Source: an uncultured Pseudobdellovibrionaceae bacterium (GTDB lineage: Bacteria > Patescibacteriota > Minisyncoccia > Moranbacterales > GCA-2747515). Taken from it: a DNA stretch of 37,894 nucleotides. The stretch spans positions 29,025 through 66,918 of the forward strand of contig CAZMCZ010000001.1 of NCBI GenBank assembly GCA_964565145.1, in the 5' to 3' direction. Below the pieces are notes generated by a model that ran no database searches, was not told the origin of the DNA, and worked only from the letters and a program-made list of their open reading frames with translations. Positions within the stretch are counted from its first letter, which is position 1. Every line of letters starts with the position of its first letter. Shown here in pieces: positions 25,314 through 34,224 of the stretch. Both the position numbers and the translations under genes were made by a program.

Positions 25314-26771
25314 ATGATTTCTTGGTTTAGAAAAAATCGAACAGCTATTCTTTTTGTAAGCATCCTGCTTCTTGCTTTTGCTTTGCGCGTGCCACTTGCC
25401 GTTATCAATCATTCCGCCAATGATAATCATTTTGAGGTTGTGCGATTGATGTTTGCAAACAATGGAGAAATGCCTCAAAGGGATTCTTGCAAGCAATGCT
25501 ATCATCCACCGCTATACTATACGGTCGTCTATCATTCAATTCGTGGTGTGGAGAGCGTGTTACAACACTCCTTGGAAAACGTTCAACGAGAACACATCGG
25601 ACAATATCTCAATGTGCTTGCCGGCATTGGGACATTATCTATCTTGTACCTCTTTCTATCACGTCTTCGCATTTCAGTCACTACGCGCCTTATCATTTTT
25701 GCGCTTCTTGCTGTCAATCCTCGTTTTACGGCGATCAACATACAAATGACCAATGATTCTTTTGTTATCTTTTTTGGTGTGTTTGCAAGTAATGTTTTGT
25801 GGCGATATTTACAGACGCGTCAACGGCGCAATCTTGTTTTTGCGGCAATCGGTGTTTTATTGGCGATTCTTACCAAGGGGACGGGCATTCTCTTGTTTCT
25901 TTTTAGTGTTGTTGTATTAATGATAGTTCTTTTGTTCTCTTTTTTTACAGATCGTCAGATGTTTCGTCGCACGTTTTTTGATAGTGTATTGTTTGTTCTC
26001 ATAATCTTCCTTGGCGTGGTTTTGTTTTCTCCGTATTATCACTACTATAAAGCCAAAGAGCCCATCTTTGCAATCAATCGTGAAAAAGGCGTTGCGCCCG
26101 CACTGTTGCATCGTGCATCTTTTGATGAAAAAACGAGCGTAGTTTCTCTCTATGATGCCTATGCAACATTTCACATAAAGGCCTTATTGCAGTACCCGCT
26201 TCTGACACGCAAGACAACGATTTTGGATTCGAATGGCAATATCATTCCCAGCGCATTACCACGGACATCATTATGGACGAATTTGTACGCTCGGTGGAAT
26301 GTTATCCAATATGAAAAACGACCACGTGCTTGGAAAAATACAAGCACGAAGACGCGTGTTCTTACGCGCGGTATTTACCTGCTTGGACTGGTGCCTCTGG
26401 GACTACTGTTTTATGGATTTTTGGTGCAAGGGCTTTCTTTTTTAAAAAAAATACGGCAGGAGAAAATGCGAGCATTTTTACGGGATTATACATGGTTTTT
26501 CTTTGGCGGTGTGGCGATCTTTCTTCTTTTTATTATCAAGTTTTCATATGATTATCCTATTTTTCCGACGATGAAAGCCATTTATCTGTTCCCGGGATTG
26601 TTGTTTTTTGTGTATTTTTTTGCGCATGGCTTGGAGGCGAGTTTCTCGCGACTTTGGCATTCGCGGTATGGTCGGGTGATGTTTCTTGGTATCTGTGGCA
26701 TGTTGTTTGTCTTGTTTCTTTTCTATATTTTTGATATCATGCTTTTATTGCAGACATTGTTAAAAAAGTAA
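25314..26771 (+). CDS. GT-C fold membrane glycosyltransferase (ArnT/PMT-like, family 39/83 type)
   Basis: 485 aa and more than 10 TM segments. The first loop reads NDNHFEVVRLM...CYHPPLYY, in the position of the DExx...PPL motif of ArnT/PMT enzymes. Confidence 0.7.
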   Translation: MISWFRKNRTAILFVSILLLAFALRVPLAVINHSANDNHFEVVRLMFANNGEMPQRDSCKQCYHPPLYYTVVYHSIRGVESVLQHSLENVQREHIGQYLNVLAGIGTLSILYLFLSRLRISVTTRLIIFALLAVNPRFTAINIQMTNDSFVIFFGVFASNVLWRYLQTRQRRNLVFAAIGVLLAILTKGTGILLFLFSVVVLMIVLLFSFFTDRQMFRRTFFDSVLFVLIIFLGVVLFSPYYHYYKAKEPIFAINREKGVAPALLHRASFDEKTSVVSLYDAYATFHIKALLQYPLLTRKTTILDSNGNIIPSALPRTSLWTNLYARWNVIQYEKRPRAWKNTSTKTRVLTRGIYLLGLVPLGLLFYGFLVQGLSFLKKIRQEKMRAFLRDYTWFFFGGVAIFLLFIIKFSYDYPIFPTMKAIYLFPGLLFFVYFFAHGLEASFSRLWHSRYGRVMFLGICGMLFVLFLFYIFDIMLLLQTLLKK

Positions 26772-26774
26772 GAT

Positions 26775-27197
26775 ATGAAAAAGACGCTTTTGCGCGTGAT
26801 GGTTCAGTCGTCGCACGCGACGCATATTCAATTTTTCCGTTATGGCGTTGTCGGCGTTGTCGCGATGCTTGTTGATATGAGCGTTTTTTACTATGCAAAT
26901 ACGCTGTTAGAGTGGCATTATGTTGTGGCACAGACAATCGCCTTTTTATGTGGTATAGCCATCAATTATGTGTTGAGCATCTTATGGGTCTTTACATCAA
27001 AGCACTCTCGTGCGAGGGAAATGATTGGTTTTTTTGTCATTGGCGTTGGTGGACTCTTGTTGAGTTATTTGTGCCTTTTTCTTTTTATTGATATGCTTCA
27101 TGTACATCAGTTGGACAATATGGTTGCAAAGGCCCTAACGACCGTCATTGTTTTTCTTTGGAATTTTGGTATGCGTAAGCGGTATGTTTTCGCTTAA
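26775..27197 (+). CDS. GtrA family membrane protein
   Basis: 140 aa with 4 TM segments. FFRYGVVGVVAMLVDMSVFY near the N-terminus and WNFGMRKRYVF near the C-terminus are typical of GtrA-like proteins. Confidence 0.8.
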   Translation: MKKTLLRVMVQSSHATHIQFFRYGVVGVVAMLVDMSVFYYANTLLEWHYVVAQTIAFLCGIAINYVLSILWVFTSKHSRAREMIGFFVIGVGGLLLSYLCLFLFIDMLHVHQLDNMVAKALTTVIVFLWNFGMRKRYVFA

Positions 27198-27215
27198 GAG
27201 TTTTATGATATTTAT

Positions 27216-28784
27216 ATGATGGATGACACACAACACAAACAAAAGAACATAGCGATTATTATTGGTGCCGGTCCCGCCGGCCTTACAGCGGCGTATGAAC
27301 TTTTGGAACATACGGACATTACGCCAATCATTCTGGAGCGCGATGATCTTGTCGGTGGTATTTCCCGCACCGTTGATTATAAAGGCAATAAGATTGACAT
27401 CGGAGGACATCGTTTTTTTTCAAAATCAGATCGTGTTATGGCATGGTGGGATCACATCATGCCTTTCCCGCAAACGGATGATGATGTGGCGCGAGAAGAA
27501 TTTGACCCTGAAAAAAATGACCTCGTCATGCTTGTGCGCCAACGTCTATCGCGTATTTTTTATTTGCGCAAATTTTTTGATTATCCGATTTCATTGAGCA
27601 TGCAGACAATCAAAAATCTCGGACTGTGGCGCATGATAAAAATCGGTGTGTCCTATGTGTATACGCGTCTTTTTCCCATTCGTCCGGAAAAATCTCTTGA
27701 AGATTTTTTTATTAATCGATTTGGTCGTGAACTTTATAAAACCTTTTTTAAAGATTATACGGAAAAGCTATGGGGCGTTCCTTGCAAGACGATTAAGGCC
27801 GACTGGGGTGCGCAACGCATTAAAGGACTTTCTGTCCGTGAGGCCTTGGTGCACGCAATGAAATCTTTCCGCAACAACAAGCAAGACCTTGCGCAGAAAG
27901 ACGTTGAAACAAGTCTCATTAACCGATTTCTTTACCCGAAATACGGTCCCGGACAGATGTGGGAGCGTGTGCGAGATATCGTTCTTCGTCGCGGGGGAGA
28001 GCTCTATCTTCATCATGAAGTCAATCACTTGGAGTTTGAGAATGGGCGCATTGTTCGTGTTTCCGCTACCGATACGACAACAGGTGTGACGCGCACATTT
28101 ACACCGGAGTATGTTTTTTCCAGTATGGCGGTAAAGGATTTGATAACGTCTCTAAAGAATGCAGACCCACATATCGTAAATCTCGCACAGAAATTGTGTT
28201 ATAGAGATTTTATGACGGCAGGACTTCTGTGTAAAAAATTACATGTGCGAGATGCCGACGGTAAAGATAATCCAAATCAACAGCAGATCAAAGACACGTG
28301 GATCTATATTCAAGAGCCAGATATCAAAATGGGGCGCATTCAGTTTTTTAATAACTGGAGTCCTTATCTCGTAAACGACGCAGAGCATACGACGTGGATT
28401 GGTTTAGAGTATTTTGTGACAGAAGGTGATCGCTATTGGAATATGTCTGATGAAGATTTTTTGGCTTTTGCGACGAAAGAATTAATTGCCATTGGCATGG
28501 TTGATGCTGATGATGTTTTGGATGGCGTGGTTATCCGTATGCCAAAAGCGTATCCTTCGTATATTGGCGAAGGGTATGAAAGGTTTGATGAAATCCGTGC
28601 GTATGTGGATGATATAAAAAACCTCTTTCTTGTTGGGCGCAATGGCATGCACCGCTATAACAATTCAGATCACTCGATGCTTTCAGCGATGACCGCTGTG
28701 GAAAATATCGTTACGCAACGCGCAAACAAAGATAACATTTGGGATGTGAATGTCGAAAAAGAATATCATGAAGAAAAAAAATAA
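27216..28784 (+). CDS. NAD(P)/FAD-dependent oxidoreductase (amine-oxidase / UDP-galactopyranose-mutase-like Rossmann type)
   Basis: [18 protein letters not shown] dinucleotide-binding motif followed by E (ILERDD). 522 aa. Confidence 0.78.
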   Translation: MMDDTQHKQKNIAIIIGAGPAGLTAAYELLEHTDITPIILERDDLVGGISRTVDYKGNKIDIGGHRFFSKSDRVMAWWDHIMPFPQTDDDVAREEFDPEKNDLVMLVRQRLSRIFYLRKFFDYPISLSMQTIKNLGLWRMIKIGVSYVYTRLFPIRPEKSLEDFFINRFGRELYKTFFKDYTEKLWGVPCKTIKADWGAQRIKGLSVREALVHAMKSFRNNKQDLAQKDVETSLINRFLYPKYGPGQMWERVRDIVLRRGGELYLHHEVNHLEFENGRIVRVSATDTTTGVTRTFTPEYVFSSMAVKDLITSLKNADPHIVNLAQKLCYRDFMTAGLLCKKLHVRDADGKDNPNQQQIKDTWIYIQEPDIKMGRIQFFNNWSPYLVNDAEHTTWIGLEYFVTEGDRYWNMSDEDFLAFATKELIAIGMVDADDVLDGVVIRMPKAYPSYIGEGYERFDEIRAYVDDIKNLFLVGRNGMHRYNNSDHSMLSAMTAVENIVTQRANKDNIWDVNVEKEYHEEKK

Positions 28785-29890
28785 GTGTAACAGAAAAATT
28801 ATTGCCAAGAGTCTCTCGAAAAATCACGCATACTCGTTATTATTATACTGAAAGTATATTACGCAAGTTTAGTATTATCAAATTATCAAAATGAAAAATA
28901 AACAAATTAATAAATAATCATTGAAAAAATAAAATGAAAAATACAATTTTAATAATAGTTATAGTTATTTTAATTAACAGTGTGGCAATTTTAAGTTTTT
29001 TACTTTGGGAAAATAAAGATCAACAACAAACAATAAATAATCAAATACGTAAGGACGTTGGTGTAGATAGTAACATTGAGAATACGGTAGACACATTATC
29101 AAATGAAATATACAACCAAGACATGAGACTAGATCATGAAAGTGTACAAGAAGAAATGCGAGACGGTGCATCAAAAGATATTTTAAATTTATGTCATACC
29201 GCGAATAACAACGAATATATTTATAGGGGCAATCAGTTAGTTATGTGTTTTCGACGGCCAGATAATTTCTTATATACGAATAAAGTGCAAATTAATCTTG
29301 AAGATATAAAAAAATACACACCAAAATATCCATTAGATATTCAACGGTTATACAATAAGGATAGTGCTAATGGACGTAGTTACGATATGTATGAATATGA
29401 TGAAGACGCGCAATACTTTGATAATATTGATTATGCCGAGGAATTGTTGAGGAAGATTTATATCACTAAGTCCTATTATGAAAAAATAGATAGTAGTGGT
29501 GACCGACATGTTTTTATCGTATATAATAGTTTTGATTGGGATATGTTTGTCAATCCTTTTATGATAACAAATGATAATTTTCTTTTTGATAGTAATTTAT
29601 TAAGTAAGAGACTTGATAATATTCGTCCAGGTTTTATTTCTAGATTGGCCATATCTAAAAAACATAAAAGAGTTAGATTGGCCACATATATACCATTCGG
29701 AGATCGATTGGTTGGGATAGTTTATGAATACCATGTTAAAAATAATTTTAATCCCGAATCGGCAAAAAAGATTGTTGAACAAGAAAATGATAAAATACTC
29801 CAAAGCGTTATTAGTAGATAGCGGAGAAATACAGAAAGAGATTTTAAGATTGGTTAAAAGGGAGGCACTTTAGTTATAGAAGCGTTATCT
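28785..29890. other. AT-rich compositional island
   Basis: My hand counts of 60-nt stretches give about 17-35% G+C inside (28801-28860, 28861-28920, 28981-29040, 29401-29460, 29521-29580). Flanking stretches give about 50% (27241-27300, 30061-30120). Confidence 0.7.
28934..29821 (+). CDS. hypothetical N-terminally anchored protein, Asn/Lys/Ile/Tyr-rich
   Basis: 295-aa ORF with the N-terminal TM helix ILIIVIVILINSVAILSFLLW. It is the only long ORF in the AT-rich island. No recognisable motif. Confidence 0.62.
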   Translation: MKNTILIIVIVILINSVAILSFLLWENKDQQQTINNQIRKDVGVDSNIENTVDTLSNEIYNQDMRLDHESVQEEMRDGASKDILNLCHTANNNEYIYRGNQLVMCFRRPDNFLYTNKVQINLEDIKKYTPKYPLDIQRLYNKDSANGRSYDMYEYDEDAQYFDNIDYAEELLRKIYITKSYYEKIDSSGDRHVFIVYNSFDWDMFVNPFMITNDNFLFDSNLLSKRLDNIRPGFISRLAISKKHKRVRLATYIPFGDRLVGIVYEYHVKNNFNPESAKKIVEQENDKILQSVISR

Positions 29891-30270
29891 ATGAAAAATA
29901 TAAATGTTCTTGTGGCACGGATCTATCGCATCGGTTTTTTGCTAACAGTGCTTCGCGTGCGTCTGCACAATATGTTGCGGAAATTTATCGTGAGAAGTCC
30001 ACAGATAACGATTATTGGTCTACACTCAAAGAGTATATAGAGACGCAACGCAAAGAGCATGAACGGCAAGAGCGAGAACGTCTTGCTCGCCTTGCTGATG
30101 ATGCATTGGCAAAATCACAAGCGCAGGCACGAGAGCGTCAACGGGCACGGGAGCGCGCTGCTGCATTAGCGCAACAAAGAGCGCAAGCACAAAGAGCGCA
30201 ACAGAAAAAAAGAACAATCAAAAAAAGAGTTATTAAAAAAAAGAAAAGTCGAAAATCACGCGCGAGTTAA
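29891..30270 (+). pseudogene. frameshifted (or mis-assembled) gene for a small Cys-x-Cys / coiled-coil / basic-tail protein
   Basis: A frame open from 29848 to the TAA at 30268-30270 has no ATG, GTG or TTG near its 5' end. ATG 29891 is out of frame by one base. One extra A in the A5 run (29894-29898) would give MKKYKCSCGTDLSHRFF...ERQERERLARL...KKRVIKKKKSRKSRAS. Confidence 0.35.
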
Positions 30271-30350
30271 GTGTGATCGTAAGGCGTGGCGTGGTCATGG
30301 TATCCTATGAGAGTAAAGAATGAGTACGTGGTGGTGCTTTTCAGGCTTTG

Positions 30351-30734
30351 TTAGGCGTGGTGCTCTGCTTCGTAGATATCCGCCTCGGATTTATCTTTGT
30401 GAATGGTGCCGTCCGGATGCTCCGGTGGCGTGTAGATGGTGTAGAGTTTGAGGTCGGTGTCTTCTGATGTGTTGGTGACATTGTGCTGTGTGCCGGCCGG
30501 GATGACGATTGCATCATCATCTTTGACGGCAGTTTCAACGCCGTCAAGACTGACAAGTGCCTCGCCTTGCTCGATACGGATAAATTGATCATGTGTTTCG
30601 TGAACTTCCATGCCAATTTCTTCGCCTGGCTTAAGCGCCATGACGACAAGCTGTGATCGCTCTGTCGTATAAAGGACTTTGCGGAAATAATCGTTTTCCA
30701 ATGTTTCGCGTTCGATGTTTGTGATGTAACTCAT
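30351..30734 (-). CDS. cupin domain protein
   Basis: 127 aa. PGEEIGMEVHETHDQFIRIEQGE and IPAGTQHNV match the two cupin motifs. Confidence 0.85.
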   Translation of the reverse strand: MSYITNIERETLENDYFRKVLYTTERSQLVVMALKPGEEIGMEVHETHDQFIRIEQGEALVSLDGVETAVKDDDAIVIPAGTQHNVTNTSEDTDLKLYTIYTPPEHPDGTIHKDKSEADIYEAEHHA

Positions 30735-30791
30735 ACGTTCTCTTTTAGATATTTATATCATCTAGTATACTTTATAGTAATCATTAATACA

Positions 30792-31412
30792 ATGGTAAAG
30801 CGTTTAGAAGACATTTTGAGATTTTTGGAGTGGGTGATTGTACATCCGCTTTTTCGTCGTGGCGTGGCAGTTGTGGTTTATGGTGTCGTGCCGGTTGTTC
30901 TTCTGGACGCGTTGTTGTTTGCTACGGTGCCATATTATTTTATTGTAAAGGCGGGAAAGGTTGCAGAAATTCTTTTGTTTATCATTCTTTTTATTGCGCC
31001 ACTGGCCATTATTTTTCGGGTGTCACTTTTACGGAGGGCACTGATCTATCGCCAAGCAATGGGTGTGATGATGCTCTATGTTGCGCTCTTTCACGGGGTG
31101 TCACTTTTTGATTATACGCGGTTGTTTGATGTGACGTATTATAGCATTACACACAATATCGTGTACGGTGTGATGGCGTTACTATTGACCGTGATGCTTG
31201 GCATAACGTCAAACCGATTTTCTATGCGTCATTTACATCGTTGGTGGAAACGTCTTCACCGCTTTGCATATCCGCTCTTTTTTCTCGTTGTTGTGCACGC
31301 AAGCATTACTACCGGTGAGAAAAAACTCATTCTCCTTGCCCTGCTTTTTCTTCTTCTTAAATTTTTGGCATACAGGCGGATATCCTATAAGATTCCCGGC
31401 CTTTCCTCGTAG
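30792..31412 (+). CDS. ferric-reductase-like transmembrane heme protein (MsrQ/YedZ-like)
   Basis: 206 aa and about 6 TM segments. Conserved His residues in LYVALFHGVSLF and WWKRLHRFAYPLFFLVVVHA resemble the YedZ/MsrQ domain. Confidence 0.65.
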   Translation: MVKRLEDILRFLEWVIVHPLFRRGVAVVVYGVVPVVLLDALLFATVPYYFIVKAGKVAEILLFIILFIAPLAIIFRVSLLRRALIYRQAMGVMMLYVALFHGVSLFDYTRLFDVTYYSITHNIVYGVMALLLTVMLGITSNRFSMRHLHRWWKRLHRFAYPLFFLVVVHASITTGEKKLILLALLFLLLKFLAYRRISYKIPGLSS

Positions 31413-31422
31413 AGCAATGCGG

Positions 31423-31452
31423 TTGTTATCCTCTTTTATACTATGATATACT
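31423..31452 (+). promoter_or_regulatory. sigma70-type promoter TTGTTA-18-TGaTATACT
   Basis: TTGTTA at 31423-31428, TG at 31444-31445 and TATACT at 31447-31452. Confidence 0.5.
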
Positions 31453-31482
31453 GGAGTTAGTATTACTATTATCATTATTACT

Positions 31483-31569
31483 ATGAACAGACAGACAAAA
31501 ACAGCACTCATCCATGTGGGGATCCTCATTATCGGCATTGCGATTGGATGGTTTGTGCGTGGTTGGTAG
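31483..31569 (+). CDS. candidate 28-aa single-TM mini-protein upstream of the P-type ATPase
   Basis: My own translation is MNRQTKTALIHVGILIIGIAIGWFVRGW. It has a polar/basic N-terminus, an 18-residue hydrophobic core and an RGW end. It lies between the predicted promoter and the ATPase gene. It is below the ORF-track length cutoff and has no Shine-Dalgarno site. Confidence 0.35.
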   Translation: MNRQTKTALIHVGILIIGIAIGWFVRGW

Positions 31570-31608
31570 GATGGTCGTATCGTGCGCGAAATTTTTGCCA
31601 TTTTTGTG

Positions 31609-31633
31609 TGTGATAACAAGATTTTTTATCACA
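31609..31633 (+). promoter_or_regulatory. perfect 8-bp inverted repeat TGTGATAA-N9-TTATCACA
   Basis: Read directly. It ends 31 nt upstream of the ATPase ATG and has no flanking T-run on either strand, so it is not a terminator. Confidence 0.35.
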
Positions 31634-31664
31634 AAAAAACGGTGTTTTCTTATAACGTATTTTC

Positions 31665-34061
31665 ATGACATATCACGGACTTTCACAACAGGAGGTGGCG
31701 ACGTTGCGTGCACAGTATGGTTACAATGAAATCGCTCAGGCGCATCTTTCCGGCGTGCAACGATTTCTCCAACAAATACTGCAACCCATTCCACTTATGA
31801 TTTTTTTTGCGGCAGTGTTATCTGCCGTTTTGCGTCATTGGGAAGATTTTATCATCATTAGCACATTGTTGATTGTCAACCTTGGCATTGAATTTTATCA
31901 AGAGCGCAAAGCGCGCAGAGCGCTTGCCGCCTTAAATAAAAAGTTGGAAATACGCGCTTTGGTTTTGCGCGATGGGCACTACAAAGAGATTCCCGCGCGT
32001 CTTTTGGTACCCGGCGATCTCATCAAGCTTCGTATCGGGAGCATTGTCCCGGCCGATGCGGTGTTGCTTATGACTGATGGATGCGAAATCGATCAGTCAG
32101 CCATCACGGGGGAATCTCTTCCCGTGCACAAAGGCGTTGATGATGTCGTGTATAGCGGTACGATTGTCAAAATCGGTGAAGCGCTTGCACGCGTGCGGGC
32201 AATTGGCATGCAGACAGAAATGGGCAAAAGCACACATCTCGTGCAACAAGCCATTGCACAAGAGCAGAGCCATTTTCAGCGGGCCATTCTTAGCATTGGA
32301 CGTTTTTTGATGGGGTTTGCGTTCCTCCTCATCATCATTCTTTTTGTCGTTGCGCTTTTGCGCCACGACACTATCCTTGAAACGGTTAACTTCCTCTTGG
32401 TGCTAGTTATTGCTTCCGTGCCAGTTGCATTACCGACAGTTCTTGCTGTGACAATGGCGATTAGCGCCTATGCGATTGCGCGTAAAAAGGCCGTTGTGCG
32501 CGATGTGAGTGCCATTGAAGAATTGGCAGGCGTTGATGTCTTGTGTAGCGACAAAACGGGCACATTGACAAAAAATGAACTAACCGTTGGAACACCGATT
32601 ATTTACGGTGATTTTAGTGTTGAACAGCTCCTTGTGTATAGCGTATTGACGAGTCATGATGAAAACGATGATCCGATTGAAGAAGCGCTTTTTCGCTATT
32701 ATGAGAAACATTTCTTCCATGATTCGCGACGCGCGTACACGATTATCGATACAGATCCTTTTGACCCCATTAGCAAAAAAAGCACGGCGCGCGTGCTGTA
32801 TCATCAACAAGAACTGTTTCTCGTCAAAGGTGCGCCACAGGTGGTTATCGCACTGACGTCTGATGCGTCAATCCGGCAGAAAGCAAAAAAAGACGTTGAT
32901 GCTTTTGCACAAAAAGGGTACCGTACGCTTGCCGTTGCCGTGCAATCCGGTGCTGATGGCCCTACCAAGCTTGTTGGACTGATTCCGTTTTTTGATCCGC
33001 CGCGCGATGATTCGCGAGCTGTGATTGATACACTGCATGCAGAAGGCGTGCGCATTGTGATGATGACGGGGGATCATCATACAATTGCACAAGAGACGGC
33101 AAAGACGCTTCATCTGGGGACAAACATTATTACGGCAAAAGCATTACATAATACAACGGAGCAACAAAAAAAGCATCTCATGCACACAATGGATGGATTT
33201 GCAGAGGTCTTACCGGAGGATAAGTATCGCATCGTAGAGACTTTTCAAGAGCGGGGCCATATCGTCGCAATGACCGGCGATGGTGTGAATGACGCGCCGG
33301 CGCTTCAAAAAGCTGATGTCGGTATCGCTGTTGCCGGTGCAACCGATGCAGCGCGCGCCTCGGCAGACCTCGTGCTTCTGGCGCCTGGCCTCTCTGTCAT
33401 CAATGACGCTTTGCGACTTGCGCGACAAGCATTTCATCGTATGCTTGCCTATGCGACATTTCGCATTGCGGAGACGGTGCGGATTTTGCTTTTTATTACA
33501 CTTGCCATTATCGTGTATGATTTCTATCCGGTGACGGCGGTCATGATTGTGCTCTTGGCACTGCTTAATGACATTCCCGTGATGATGATTGGTTATGATC
33601 ATGCACCGGTTGACAAACACCCTGTACGATGGAATATGCGTGAAGTGCTGACGATTGCGACGGTTCTGGGCATTGCGGGCGTTGCATCGTCTTTTGGCCT
33701 TCTTGTTTATTTGATTGCGCATGGTTATCCGGAGGGATTAATCCAGGCACTGCTCTTTTTGAAGTTTGATGTTGCGGGACACTCAACACTCTATCTCACG
33801 CGTGCCGGACGTCGGCATTTCTGGCATAAGCCGTTTCCTTCGTGGACGTTTTTTCTTCCGACATTCAGTACGCGTATTATCGGGACATTAATTGCCGTTT
33901 ATGGGGTGTTTATGACGCCGATTGGTTGGGCGGGTGCCGGTGCGATTTGGCTTTATGCGACAGTGTGGTGGTTTTTTAACGATCAAGTAAAAGTGTTTGC
34001 ATATAAAGTCCTTGATTGGACACAACAGAGAAAACAGACAAAAAAACACCACCGTGCATAG
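31665..34061 (+). CDS. P-type ATPase, plasma-membrane H+-ATPase-like (type IIIA)
   Basis: TGES (AITGESLP), CSDKTGTLTKNELTV, MMTGDHHTIA and MTGDGVNDAPALQKADVGIAVAGATDAARASADLVLLAPGLSVI. The TM6-like LLNDIPVMMIGYD closely resembles fungal, plant and archaeal H+-ATPases. 798 aa. Confidence 0.9.
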   Translation: MTYHGLSQQEVATLRAQYGYNEIAQAHLSGVQRFLQQILQPIPLMIFFAAVLSAVLRHWEDFIIISTLLIVNLGIEFYQERKARRALAALNKKLEIRALVLRDGHYKEIPARLLVPGDLIKLRIGSIVPADAVLLMTDGCEIDQSAITGESLPVHKGVDDVVYSGTIVKIGEALARVRAIGMQTEMGKSTHLVQQAIAQEQSHFQRAILSIGRFLMGFAFLLIIILFVVALLRHDTILETVNFLLVLVIASVPVALPTVLAVTMAISAYAIARKKAVVRDVSAIEELAGVDVLCSDKTGTLTKNELTVGTPIIYGDFSVEQLLVYSVLTSHDENDDPIEEALFRYYEKHFFHDSRRAYTIIDTDPFDPISKKSTARVLYHQQELFLVKGAPQVVIALTSDASIRQKAKKDVDAFAQKGYRTLAVAVQSGADGPTKLVGLIPFFDPPRDDSRAVIDTLHAEGVRIVMMTGDHHTIAQETAKTLHLGTNIITAKALHNTTEQQKKHLMHTMDGFAEVLPEDKYRIVETFQERGHIVAMTGDGVNDAPALQKADVGIAVAGATDAARASADLVLLAPGLSVINDALRLARQAFHRMLAYATFRIAETVRILLFITLAIIVYDFYPVTAVMIVLLALLNDIPVMMIGYDHAPVDKHPVRWNMREVLTIATVLGIAGVASSFGLLVYLIAHGYPEGLIQALLFLKFDVAGHSTLYLTRAGRRHFWHKPFPSWTFFLPTFSTRIIGTLIAVYGVFMTPIGWAGAGAIWLYATVWWFFNDQVKVFAYKVLDWTQQRKQTKKHHRA

Positions 34062-34224
34062 CGCGCCGTTATGGACACGCAGTGTTTTATGAGCAAAAAG
34101 CATGATATGAGAGCTTATATTTTTATGATATAGTGGAATATATAGTATGGAGATTTTCTATGAAAGGAGTTTTCCTTAAATCTCATCGCGTTGTGTGGTC
34201 TATTTGTTTTAATAAAAATAAAGT

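Noticed and set aside
30026-30217. 63-aa - strand ORF
   Set aside because: It is antisense to the Gln/Arg/Ala-rich coiled-coil frame (29848-30270) and is a compositional shadow of the repetitive GCGCAA/CAAAGA sequence.
31233-31619. 128-aa - strand ORF spanning the MsrQ-like gene's 3' end and the ATPase promoter region
   Set aside because: It overlaps a supported + strand gene and the promoter/mini-ORF region, and it has no Shine-Dalgarno site or promoter. Its hydrophobic stretch is the antisense of the + strand mini-ORF region.
31609-31633. CRP/FNR-type binding site (TGTGA...TCACA)
   Set aside because: The half-sites are separated by 15 nt rather than 6, so the resemblance is only in the pentamers. 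I kept it as a generic inverted repeat.
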